Virus record (IMG/VR): IMGVR_UViG_3300031133_000417
Location: 970 to 64,969 of that record
Length of the DNA: 64,000 nucleotides
Direction: 5' to 3' (one strand)
DNA from: a virus
Shown here: positions 18,317-26,487 of the stretch, piece after piece
Numbering within the stretch: the first letter of the stretch is position 1
Layout: each line of letters begins with the position of its first letter
The notes under the pieces: model-generated
What the model was told of the DNA's origin: nothing
What the model saw: the letters and a program-made list of their open reading frames with translations, nothing else
The model's database searches: none
Made by a program: the position numbers and the translations under genes

Positions 18317-18790
18317 TTACCCTCTCAGTGCAATCACTGATTTAATCAACTTTAATGTTTTACTTGTGCAAAGTTCTGATGGCGTTCTTCTAATAATCAC
18401 CCACCCAAGAGACTGAGCCAAGTTTGATTTTTCCATGTCTCTCTGGATGCCGATAGCATAGCTGTAGTCGATTTTGCCTTTTGCCCAAATGCCGCCTTCA
18501 CGCTCAATAGCGATCTTGTATACAGGCAAAGCATAATCAAACCGGCATAGCCGCTCAGTGCTAATGAAATAACTCCAACCAAACATCGCCCCCCCCTTTT
18601 CCATCAACATCATGAATATATCCCGCTATTATGCTTTGTTTTTGATGTTCGCGTTATCATCGATCCAGCAAGTTTTGACGTGTACTATCTCCGCCGTCCG
18701 CTTCGGATTATTCAGACCAATCGAAGCAGGAACGGGCGGGGGCAGCGCTTATCACCGACCAAGACATACCCATGTCCAGGCAATCGTTAA
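18317..18790 (-). pseudogene. Decayed DUF559/Vsr-like endonuclease gene
   Basis: C-terminal RFDYALP.YKIAIE.EGGIW...DMEKSNLAQSLGW is intact; upstream part broken by stops and frameshifts (G-run near 18590). Confidence 0.6.
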
Positions 18791-18847
18791 AAATTACTTT
18801 CAGTTGTGCTTATGAGTTCACTGGAATTTGTATATTAGTTTAAACTG

Positions 18848-19147
18848 ATGTCTATGAAAATTAAAACATACATTCCCGATGGTTTTCCATCTATAATTAT
18901 AGGCGACATTTTACCTATTAAATTGTCGTCCGAGGAGATCCCTATAGGAAAGGCCATACTTATTGAAAGAAGTAATTCTTACTATCAATTTGACTTAAGT
19001 CTTAACCATGAAGTAAGCCTCGACCTATATCCCTCTATACAGCAATCGTCAACTAATGGCATCATTGACGGGCCTCCCTCGCTAAGTTTATCGACAAATT
19101 CACAAGGTGGATTTGCTACTTCGCTCAGAGACCAGGTTAACGGTTAA
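18848..19147 (+). CDS. Hypothetical protein
   Basis: 99-aa ORF with ATG start. Confidence 0.55.
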   Translation: MSMKIKTYIPDGFPSIIIGDILPIKLSSEEIPIGKAILIERSNSYYQFDLSLNHEVSLDLYPSIQQSSTNGIIDGPPSLSLSTNSQGGFATSLRDQVNG

Positions 19148-19235
19148 GGGTCAACTTTATGCATGCATTTTAACACGGTTGCTAGTTGAAGTGTTCGTTT
19201 CTGTTCTCGTTAATATTTATTCCTGCTTTAGGTTA

Positions 19236-19462
19236 ATGAGTAATATTGTTTTAAAGCTGCTTACGGTGATGACAAAAAGGATGTGGAACTGTCCTCACCT
19301 TTTGGTGGCGGTGGTCACTATCACATCTATATCGATCGGTTTTACTATGGTGCCATTATCTCAATTGAGGGCCAGTGGAGAGTTGCTTTAAATCCTAAAG
19401 CCGATGAAGAGCTGACAACTGATGACCGGATGATACTTGTTGACCTCCTAACTGGGAATTGA
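19236..19462 (+). pseudogene. Small gene split by a -1 frame offset at T-TTA-AAG (pseudogene or programmed frameshift)
   Basis: ATG frame MSNIV-LK; the -1 frame from 19250 gives a protein-like 70-codon ORF (FKAAYGDDKKDVELSSPFGGGGHYHIYIDRFYYG...). Confidence 0.5.
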
Positions 19463-19696
19463 TTTACTTTCCAGACTGAGCAAACACTGTTTCGTTCCTT
19501 TCGGGTAATCCTTCTCATGTATACCAATATCCCTGAGACACTTAACATATCCATCTACAAATCCAGCGCTGATAAGCAGCTTCTGACCATATGTATAGTC
19601 ATCGCTTAATTTATTGTAATAGAAATCCCGGGTTACATACAGATGCTGAAATCTGGCTTTGATCAGGTATAGTTTTTTAAAAAGTTTGATGATCAT
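19448..19696 (-). CDS. Hypothetical protein
   Basis: Likely start MIIKLFKK at 19696, overlapping the upstream micro-gene. Confidence 0.55.
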   Translation of the reverse strand: MIIKLFKKLYLIKARFQHLYVTRDFYYNKLSDDYTYGQKLLISAGFVDGYVKCLRDIGIHEKDYPKGTKQCLLSLESKSIPS

Positions 19697-19841
19697 CCTC
19701 CTTCCCAATAACACGTTCCGTCTCCTTATCAATCTCAGCAGTCATCTTTTTCCACGCAACATTGACACCCCAGATGATTAGTCCTACTATAATCAGCGCA
19801 GATACACCGATCAGCGATTCTTTTGAATAAAATATGTTCAT
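19677..19841 (-). CDS. 54-aa single-TM protein
   Basis: MNIFYSKESLIGVSALIIVGLIIWGVNVAWKK...; TGATG coupling; below the ORF-track cutoff. Confidence 0.6.
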   Translation of the reverse strand: MNIFYSKESLIGVSALIIVGLIIWGVNVAWKKMTAEIDKETERVIGKEDDHQTF

Positions 19842-19960
19842 CACTTTTCAAATATTAAATGGTAATTCACCAGGATAGAAAGCACAAGCAAGAAAAGACA
19901 GATTACTATCCACTTCCACGGCGGTGTATCCTGGCCGGATCCGTGAGCAGTTAAACTCAT
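19841..19960 (-). CDS. 39-aa single-TM protein
   Basis: MSLTAHGSGQDTPPWKWIVICLFLLVLSILVNYHLIFEK; ATGA coupling. Confidence 0.6.
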   Translation of the reverse strand: MSLTAHGSGQDTPPWKWIVICLFLLVLSILVNYHLIFEK

Positions 19961-20139
19961 GGCAGTTTCGATTTAGGGTTAGACGTTGGGATGCGAGAGT
20001 GATCAGGGAAAGATTCAACCAATTTCGCCAATGCAGTGCGATATAACTGCTTATTCATTGCATATATGACTCCTGTTCCCGCCATGAGCACAGCTAAAGC
20101 GACCAGAGCAGCCGCAATTGTTTTCTTGATCTCTTTCAT
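19957..20139 (-). CDS. 60-aa single-TM protein
   Basis: Hydrophobic TIAAALVALAVLMAGTGVIYAM; coupled to neighbours. Confidence 0.65.
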   Translation of the reverse strand: MKEIKKTIAAALVALAVLMAGTGVIYAMNKQLYRTALAKLVESFPDHSRIPTSNPKSKLP

Positions 20140-20321
20140 CGTTTCTCCTTTTTCGCCTGTTTAATCAGGATATCCATATTCTGTTTAATGTAATCGGTAT
20201 ACCGGCCGGCTTTTTCATTGTCATAAAGAAACAGCAGGTATTTTGCTGGTACACTCACCAGCGGATAGTCTTTGTATTTACCCCACTGCATACGGCTATT
20301 GTCGTTTATATCTTCTGTCAT
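20136..20321 (-). CDS. DUF3820/ExoX C-terminal-like small protein
   Basis: M.WGKYKD.PL..VPAKYL.FL motif. Confidence 0.7.
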   Translation of the reverse strand: MTEDINDNSRMQWGKYKDYPLVSVPAKYLLFLYDNEKAGRYTDYIKQNMDILIKQAKKEKR

Positions 20322-20323
20322 TG

Positions 20324-20887
20324 TTAGGAAGCTATAAGTTTTAAAAAAGTCTTGTTCTTAACGTCACCACGCAACATTTTCCCTAAATGCCTCCCTGTAA
20401 TGCCATGTGCATAGGCTGCAATTTTTATTGTAGGGAACTCTTCTCCTGTATTGATGTTTATTACACCCATTGCCCTGGAAGTGTTCCCCCCATAAAGTTT
20501 AGGGGTTAAGCCACTTACATATGCGTGTTTGGCATTTTCATTACGCGTACACCATTCCAGATTGTTTACGTGATTATTCGTCTTAATGCCGTCCTTATGA
20601 TTTACTAAAGTTCTCACTGGATCAATTGTATGAAAACCCATAGCAACCAATCTATGCACCGTCATTGTCCTTCCGTTGCTCGATCTGAATAGGGACACTA
20701 TAGAGTACCCGGCTTTATTTACACCTGGTTTCAACATTCTCTCATTAACCTTTTTAGATATGGTCCTATTGTCTTGAAGAACTTTGTCAACATTTCTTGA
20801 GACGGATTTCACTCGGCCAAGGTTGCTGACCTGATATAACCCTTCAAAGTTTTGAATATCTACCCACTTTTCAATTCTATCTTCCAT
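20324..20887 (-). CDS. NUMOD4-HNH homing-type endonuclease
   Basis: W.DI..FEGLYQVSNLGRVKS (NUMOD4); VHRLVA..F..VNHKDG.KTNN..NLEW (HNH). Confidence 0.9.
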   Translation of the reverse strand: MEDRIEKWVDIQNFEGLYQVSNLGRVKSVSRNVDKVLQDNRTISKKVNERMLKPGVNKAGYSIVSLFRSSNGRTMTVHRLVAMGFHTIDPVRTLVNHKDGIKTNNHVNNLEWCTRNENAKHAYVSGLTPKLYGGNTSRAMGVININTGEEFPTIKIAAYAHGITGRHLGKMLRGDVKNKTFLKLIAS

Positions 20888-20889
20888 CT

Positions 20890-21183
20890 CTAATAAGGAT
20901 CAATTTCCAATTCATCACTATTCAGAGCATCCAACATCCGGAAGCACATGGCTGCAGTTTGAATGCATTCGTTTTTAAGCACGCTTAACGAACCTTTGCC
21001 TTCATCCAGTAGGTTTGCCTCTCTGATAAGTTCGCCGGATTCCTCGGCTACTATTGCAGCACGTTTCACATTGTCAACCGGCCACTCAGGATGCTTATGA
21101 ATTGCTCGCTGCATTTCAGCCAGCACCATAACCACCGCCCCGGCCATTTCGGGATTCTTTACAAGTAAATTTAATTCCGTCAT
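20890..21183 (-). CDS. MazG-like (all-alpha NTP pyrophosphatase) protein
   Basis: EESGEL...ECIQTAAM helical acidic motifs. Confidence 0.55.
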   Translation of the reverse strand: MTELNLLVKNPEMAGAVVMVLAEMQRAIHKHPEWPVDNVKRAAIVAEESGELIREANLLDEGKGSLSVLKNECIQTAAMCFRMLDALNSDELEIDPY

Positions 21184-21503
21184 GGCTGATCCTCCCCCAA
21201 AGCTTTGTTTATTGCTGCACTAGCTTTATCAACTGCAGCATACCATTCTGCTCCCGATGGCTGTCCAGAACCAATACCTTCCTGCTCACACATATAGTAA
21301 TGAACCAATAGTTCCAACGCTTCCAATAAATCAGGTGCAGAAGCTACCAGTCGTGCATTCGCCCATTCCAATTCTGTTAAAAGATCATCTTCATTATTAG
21401 CCGTTACACTACATACCTCTAATTCACTGCTAATTATCGCTATGGAGTTTATTGCGTCTGCTTCCGTTTCCCACGGTCCTCTTGTTCCTTTGAATCTGTC
21501 CAT
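21180..21503 (-). CDS. Conserved phage hypothetical protein
   Basis: KGT.GPW...ANARL.ASAPDLLEAL motif common in phage early genes. Confidence 0.75.
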   Translation of the reverse strand: MDRFKGTRGPWETEADAINSIAIISSELEVCSVTANNEDDLLTELEWANARLVASAPDLLEALELLVHYYMCEQEGIGSGQPSGAEWYAAVDKASAAINKALGEDQP

Positions 21504-21505
21504 GA

Positions 21506-21886
21506 CTATGCTCTTTGAAAATCCTTCGTTATTCCTTGCTGAAGCAGGAAGTCACGATAATCAGATAATGTCTCTGGTAGGGCGATCGAGTGAACGCCAT
21601 TGTCACTGTGATAAACGAAACGGCCATGATCATTCATCAGGAAGTCATTCAATAATAAAAACTTTGTCTCGTGCTTAAACTCAGGATCTACCACAGGTAT
21701 AGACTTGCCGAACATGTCCCCCTGGGAGATATGAGCGGGCTTTGCATGGATTCTTGCCATATCATCAACCTCTTTCTCCAGCTTCTTTGATTTTTGGAGA
21801 GCGATACTGGATCTTGTCCTGAAGTATTCGCTCTGGGCGTTCCGCATTTGCTGTACGGATTCCGCGAATTTTGAAATGTCTGTCAT
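21506..21886 (-). CDS. Hypothetical protein
   Basis: 126-aa ORF within the operon. Confidence 0.7.
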   Translation of the reverse strand: MTDISKFAESVQQMRNAQSEYFRTRSSIALQKSKKLEKEVDDMARIHAKPAHISQGDMFGKSIPVVDPEFKHETKFLLLNDFLMNDHGRFVYHSDNGVHSIALPETLSDYRDFLLQQGITKDFQRA

Positions 21887-21917
21887 TGGGTTTGCTTTAA
21901 AATGTTAGTGGGTAATA

Positions 21918-22163
21918 TTATTGTTCGCCGTTGCGATCGGTAACGTCGTATGCTTTTTCATTGAAAAACCTACCTTCGACTTTAGAAAGGTGTTGATCAA
22001 TATCTTTCTCCAGCGTCAGGCCTGCCTCACGTTTTGATGACTTAAGCAATCCAACTGCGATCGCTTCATCCTGGTCAAAGCTGGCAGCGATACTAAGTGC
22101 TGCAGGTAAATTAATAACGCCATTAACGGCGGCGCTCCTCAGAGCAATTTGTAGTCTGTTCAT
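21918..22163 (-). CDS. Hypothetical protein
   Basis: 81-aa ORF within the operon. Confidence 0.65.
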   Translation of the reverse strand: MNRLQIALRSAAVNGVINLPAALSIAASFDQDEAIAVGLLKSSKREAGLTLEKDIDQHLSKVEGRFFNEKAYDVTDRNGEQ

Positions 22164-22184
22164 ATAATTTTAAAATCCTTGTTT

Positions 22185-22380
22185 ACAAATAAACCGGGAT
22201 GCGTACACCCCGGCTTTGATCTCCCTCACATGGCTTACTGCCCCTTGCGACGATTTCGCTCGTCCTGCTATCCCGGTTCTACTTATGCCCGGGCTTCTCT
22301 CATCTGGAATTTGCGTTTGCCTTGCTTACCGCCTCTACACCCGCTTATGATCAATGCAGGACGTTTTCACAAGGGCTTTA
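22185..22380 (-). ncRNA. Candidate structured ncRNA with 3' terminator
   Basis: Long-range pairings CGTCCTGC/GCAGGACG and CCCTTG/CAAGGG, internal CCCGG/CCGGG stem, 3' CCGGG hairpin + TTTATTT. Confidence 0.5.
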
Positions 22381-22381
22381 T

Positions 22382-22501
22382 CTAATTCAATGATGCCGGC
22401 ACCAAGAGATAATCCTTCACCTTCAAATCAGGAGGCGTGATCACAGTGATCTTATTCGATTTGATATTAAAGGCGGGTTTAACTTTCTTTTCCTTATTCA
22501 T
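22382..22501 (-). CDS. 39-aa micro-ORF MNKEKKVKPAFNIK...
   Basis: ATG with an A-rich upstream region; no homology recognised. Confidence 0.4.
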   Translation of the reverse strand: MNKEKKVKPAFNIKSNKITVITPPDLKVKDYLLVPASLN

Positions 22502-22703
22502 TGAAGTTTATTTACTGTTTAAAAAGCAATGGGGCTACTGGGTCGCGGATCACGCTGCTGTCACCCCATTGTTGCTCTCGGTTAATCGACCTACCGATTC
22601 CAAACGGAGTACCTTGTGTACTCACCTGCATCTGATTTCTCCTAACGGCTATCAGCAAACGGACCTTAGGTTCTGCATACTAAAAAGCATGCTACCGACG
22701 GTG

Positions 22704-22776
22704 CGGAGAAGAAAGGAATCGAACCTTTGACCTGAGTGTTAACAGCACCCTGCTCTGCCTATTGAGCTACTTCACC
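22704..22776 (-). tRNA. tRNA-Asn (GTT)
   Basis: Cloverleaf: GGTGAAG/CTTCTCC acceptor (one U-U mismatch), anticodon loop CTGTTAA, T-loop TTCGATT, G73; no encoded CCA. Confidence 0.9.
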
Positions 22777-22918
22777 AAATAGCGGTCTTTCCCGCTGGTC
22801 ATTTCGTTTTACTATCCAAAACGACCAAAATCCAGACAGCTTCGTACTGACAAACCCGATACCCCTCGCTTTTTAGACAAAGGAGCCTTTCCTGATATCG
22901 GCTTACTTACGCTCCTTG

Positions 22919-22989
22919 CGCAAGTACAAGGATTCGAACCCTGATCAATGGTTTTGGAGACCACCATACTACCGTTGTACGATACTTAC
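22919..22989 (-). tRNA. tRNA-Trp (CCA)
   Basis: GTAAGTA/TACTTGC acceptor, anticodon loop CTCCAAA, T-loop TTCGAAT, G73. Confidence 0.9.
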
Positions 22990-23288
22990 GTGTTGCAGAT
23001 CCACACCTTACGACTTCTGCTTGCCGGTTCTCCTTATGTGATAGGAAAGGGTATTTATGACGATTAATTCCCCTCTATGATCATAATGAAAAGGATGCAT
23101 CCTAATTCGCCCAATGATCTAGACCTTTTTTCCATTCCCTGAGCCAGACGATCCGCTGAGTATTTCATCAGACTAACTAGCCTCTTGCTTGCGATCATTT
23201 TTGTTTTGCAGGAAGGAAATTACTTCTTTCGCTTTTCAAAAAGGAAGTGTGCGCCATCCGGCAACACACTTATCTAAACTAACGCTCG

Positions 23289-23362
23289 ATGCGGGGGGCG
23301 GACTCGAACCGCCGACCTGAAGGATATGAGCCTTCCGAGCTACCAACTGCTACCACCCCACA
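23289..23362 (-). tRNA. tRNA with CAT anticodon (Met/fMet-like, atypical)
   Basis: TGTGGGG/CCCCGCA acceptor, GAAGG-CTCATAT-CCTTC anticodon arm, GGCGG-TTCGAGT-CCGCC T arm; one extra base in the D stem. Confidence 0.85.
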
Positions 23363-23446
23363 TTTTATGTCAAAAAAAACAAAGCCACTTTCATGACTTT
23401 GTTATATCTCCCTCACTATTCCCATTGACATTTCAAACATAGAAAC

Positions 23447-23528
23447 ATTACCTTGTATTACCAAATGGTAATATACAATTTTATTTAAATCCTTGATTAT
23501 CAGAAAGAATAAATTACCAATAGGTAAT
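23447..23528. promoter_or_regulatory. Two ATTACC-N4-GGTAAT sites (23457-23472, 23513-23528) plus a phased half-site at 23447
   Basis: Direct sequence match; upstream of the tRNA/accessory operon. Confidence 0.7.
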
Positions 23529-23541
23529 AATATGTAATATT

Positions 23542-23802
23542 TTAATTGAGACCTGCCAGCTTTTTACCGAAATCAAAGAAGCTAATTGGATCAGATGATC
23601 CTGCACCGTCACCCTTGTCATCATTGGAGGGAATGGTCGCATTGAGCATCATAGCATTAATGTAGCCCTGATCCATAGCCTCATCGAAGTTTTTATAATG
23701 CCAGTACTTCATCATGGGGCCGACAATTCCCCAGGGAGAATCATAGCCAGGCTGTTTTATATCAGACTTAGATTTTGGACTAATTCCATAGAGCCGAAAA
23801 AA
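23542..23802 (-). CDS. Tail assembly chaperone frameshift extension (gpT-like, -1 frame)
   Basis: Slippery T-TTT-TTC at 23796-23802; the -1 frame is open for 86 codons (RLYGISPK...YDSPWGIVG...LAGLN). Confidence 0.75.
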   Translation of the reverse strand, partial: FFRLYGISPKSKSDIKQPGYDSPWGIVGPMMKYWHYKNFDEAMDQGYINAMMLNATIPSNDDKGDGAGSSDPISFFDFGKKLAGLN

Positions 23803-24218
23803 GATTGGACGTCTAACCTCCGGTAGACTTCTTTTGTAGCCAGATGAAGCTCTTCATTTGTAAAATTATCTGCAATCGCAGTGATCAGGTGCCGCGGAGT
23901 TTCAGATGGCTGGTTATGTATTGCTGTGGCAATATACCCTGCCATCTGGAAAGTATTCATGTGCATCAGGTCCATAAGCTGGGCCTGCTCTCCATCTTTA
24001 TCGCTGACAGTAGTTAAAGCATTGGTAATCGCCGTTAGTCTCCAGTTGGTAGACAACTTCAATCCACAGATATAAAGCATCTTAAATGTCGGCTTTCTGA
24101 TCCTAAGAAACAGCAGTACCTTGGTTAAAATATTTGTCGGCTTGATCTCCACTTCTTTCAGCGGGGTAGGAATATTCAGTATCGTGGATAAGATTCCGTC
24201 CTTTTCTTTTTTAGTCAT
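23757..24218 (-). CDS. Tail assembly chaperone (gpG-like)
   Basis: Follows the tail tube gene; ends ...LDVQSFF at a slippery site. Confidence 0.8.
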   Translation of the reverse strand: MTKKEKDGILSTILNIPTPLKEVEIKPTNILTKVLLFLRIRKPTFKMLYICGLKLSTNWRLTAITNALTTVSDKDGEQAQLMDLMHMNTFQMAGYIATAIHNQPSETPRHLITAIADNFTNEELHLATKEVYRRLDVQSFFGSMELVQNLSLI

Positions 24219-24239
24219 ATTAATGATATTGTTCTACAA

Positions 24240-24267
24240 AAAAGCCTGGCATCAACCAGGCTTTTTA
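24240..24267. terminator. Bidirectional intrinsic terminator-like hairpin
   Basis: AAAAGCCTGG-CATCAA-CCAGGCTTTTT. Confidence 0.6.
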
Positions 24268-24288
24268 TGATATTAAGTTGTGTTAGAT

Positions 24289-24825
24289 TTACACTGCAGG
24301 GGAAGCAATGAATTTAAATCCCCATGGTGACACAGCTGCGCCAGTTGCATCTGCCGGCGTCGTAGCCTCTCCAGAGTAACTAATCGAAAGGAAACCTTTT
24401 CTTGACAAGTTGTTTGCTAAACCAGCGTTACCAGCTGCTACCGGAATACTTAATTGGAATTTCTGTCCCTGGAAAGGTTTAGATGTAAACCTTACTGCCA
24501 AGTTTACAATTCCCGGGTTAGCAGGGTATGTATACTCCTTAGCAGTCGCATCCCATGCTCCACCAAATAATATAACAGCTTTAGGGCCATCAATATCAAT
24601 CGATTTGAAAGCGAATGTTGCTCCATCTGTATCACCAGGAAGAACATAACGAACACCGCCCTTATCTTCAACCCTGAATTTAACTTTTTCTAAAGGTGGA
24701 ACTGTAAATGATACAGAGTCATCCTCGATATCCACAATTTTTACCCAACCTGTCGTTGGCATTGCTCCGTTAAGGCCAATTGGCGCTAACTCAATGCTCT
24801 CTACCCCTGAAACTCCTTGTGGCAT
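24289..24825 (-). CDS. Major tail tube protein
   Basis: 178 aa, beta-rich, positioned after the tail terminator. Confidence 0.8.
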   Translation of the reverse strand: MPQGVSGVESIELAPIGLNGAMPTTGWVKIVDIEDDSVSFTVPPLEKVKFRVEDKGGVRYVLPGDTDGATFAFKSIDIDGPKAVILFGGAWDATAKEYTYPANPGIVNLAVRFTSKPFQGQKFQLSIPVAAGNAGLANNLSRKGFLSISYSGEATTPADATGAAVSPWGFKFIASPAV

Positions 24826-24866
24826 AATTTTAATTTTATTTGTTTAATAATCCCTGCAAGCAGGCT

Positions 24867-25292
24867 TTAATTTCTTCTTCTCATTGTCCAGTACTCCACC
24901 TGAACGTTTACAAACCAGTCAAGACCATCCCTATACGGTAGACCTGGAGCTTTTACATCAATGCGGAAATCGTAGCCGTCATAACTTGCCAGTACCGGTA
25001 TCACCACCTCAAGGATTTCATTGAATCGTTCCGTATCTGGTTCAGTTGCTCCTGATGACATCTTCATGTTTGGAACATGGATATTGACATTGAAGACACC
25101 TTCCTGTAGCTGTTCGGCATTCATGGTTAGGATACCTACTACGATATCCTCCTTTTGACTATCATCCGGCTTCTTCATTTTATATATCCCCCCAGTCAGC
25201 CGAGCTGTTGATATCACTTTCTTTTCAATTAAGCGATCGAATATTGCGTCCTGAGCGGTGAATGCTGTTTTAATTTCCATATTAAGCTGCAA
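24867..25292 (-). CDS. Tail terminator/completion protein
   Basis: Synteny; GVFNVNIHVPN motif. Confidence 0.65.
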   Translation of the reverse strand: MQLNMEIKTAFTAQDAIFDRLIEKKVISTARLTGGIYKMKKPDDSQKEDIVVGILTMNAEQLQEGVFNVNIHVPNMKMSSGATEPDTERFNEILEVVIPVLASYDGYDFRIDVKAPGLPYRDGLDWFVNVQVEYWTMRRRN

Positions 25293-25830
25293 AGGCGGTG
25301 ATTACGTTTTTAAAGGCGACTTCAAGTTTCTTCTGGGCACCGATTGTACTGCCGGTGATAACATCGTAACCAAGAGCCTCAACCCAACTGGCATACTCCA
25401 TTCCTGCAACAGTGATAATGGCCCAGCCAGTGTTATACTCCTGAGCAAGCTTATTTGCATAAGCAATACCCGCAGCTAATCCGGTAGATTTATCAGTTCC
25501 TCCGGATGATAACTGGAAGTCTTGGTAAACGATCTCACCGTAATACATCAGAATGAAACCGATTGAACTTCTCAGGTTACCAGTATCATCATTGAAACCG
25601 TCAGCAGACGAAAGGTTGATTGATCCACCGACTAATCGGGCCGCAATCCTCGCATCTCCTGCAACCAGGTGATACTGCTTTGTAGGAATCTTTGATCTTG
25701 CATCCCTTACAAACTGAAGGCCAACCTGCAGCAACTCATTTCGAGTGACCTTCCATACTCTTTGCAAATACTCTTTTGTGATTTTATCAATATCAGCCTG
25801 AGTGAAGTTCGCTTCCAGTTTAATTTTCAT
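25282..25830 (-). CDS. HK97 gp10-like tail completion protein
   Basis: DDTGNLRSSIG and AGMEYASWVE motifs. Confidence 0.8.
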   Translation of the reverse strand: MKIKLEANFTQADIDKITKEYLQRVWKVTRNELLQVGLQFVRDARSKIPTKQYHLVAGDARIAARLVGGSINLSSADGFNDDTGNLRSSIGFILMYYGEIVYQDFQLSSGGTDKSTGLAAGIAYANKLAQEYNTGWAIITVAGMEYASWVEALGYDVITGSTIGAQKKLEVAFKNVITAFAA

Positions 25831-26156
25831 ATCCAGCCCAGTATACTTCTTTCGCCTCGCTGCATTCCCATCAGTTCCCCTTCAAATAATAGCTCATCCT
25901 GCACACCGGTGATTCTCACAGGGGTATTTTTGGGGATATCTTGCGTATCATAAGGGAAACCCAGATCAAATGAATACTCAGTGAGCATACCATCCTTATT
26001 TGGTTTCTTTCTTCCAGATCCGTTTGGCTTTGCTCTGCATGCTACCTCAACAATTCCACCGAGAGCGCCAACGCTCCAGGTACCTTTCTCCTGGTCATAG
26101 ACATCACCAGAGATCTTCTCCTGATAAGTCAGCTTATGTATGTATTGCTCATTCAT
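25827..26156 (-). CDS. Head closure protein (putative)
   Basis: Synteny, 109 aa. Confidence 0.6.
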   Translation of the reverse strand: MNEQYIHKLTYQEKISGDVYDQEKGTWSVGALGGIVEVACRAKPNGSGRKKPNKDGMLTEYSFDLGFPYDTQDIPKNTPVRITGVQDELLFEGELMGMQRGERSILGWI

Positions 26157-26159
26157 AAT

Positions 26160-26483
26160 TTACCATGGGGAACGGCCGGTTACCGTGTTTTCCTTTTCGG
26201 CCAGTTCATCAACCAGACCATATCTGTTAATGATCACCAGGCGAAGCTTTAGCAGATCATCCATATCATGCTCGGTCACTTGGTAATCAAGTTCCTTTAC
26301 ACTCTTTGGACTCACGGAAATGGTGTAAATAAGCCCTGCAAGGGCTACTTCGACAGGTTTTATATTATCTGGTACGGTATAAAGAACATCTTTGTTCAGA
26401 CCGTTTTCCAATAAGGCTAATTCCAAAGTGACCTCTGGCAGTTTTCTGTTTAGCTTTGCTTGCAGGGCTTGTAAGTTGGTCAT
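26160..26483 (-). CDS. Head-tail adaptor (putative)
   Basis: Directly after the major capsid gene, 107 aa. Confidence 0.65.
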   Translation of the reverse strand: MTNLQALQAKLNRKLPEVTLELALLENGLNKDVLYTVPDNIKPVEVALAGLIYTISVSPKSVKELDYQVTEHDMDDLLKLRLVIINRYGLVDELAEKENTVTGRSPW

Positions 26484-26487
26484 ATGA

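Noticed and set aside
22179-22730. Plus-strand ORFs 22179-22385 and 22437-22730
   Set aside because: Antisense to the operon and overlapping tRNA-Asn and structured RNA; composition is not protein-like.
23165-23171. Hammerhead ribozyme core (CTGATGA on the minus strand); also CAGATGAG near 22300
   Set aside because: No stem II followed by GAAA in the required arrangement, and the second site lacks U4.
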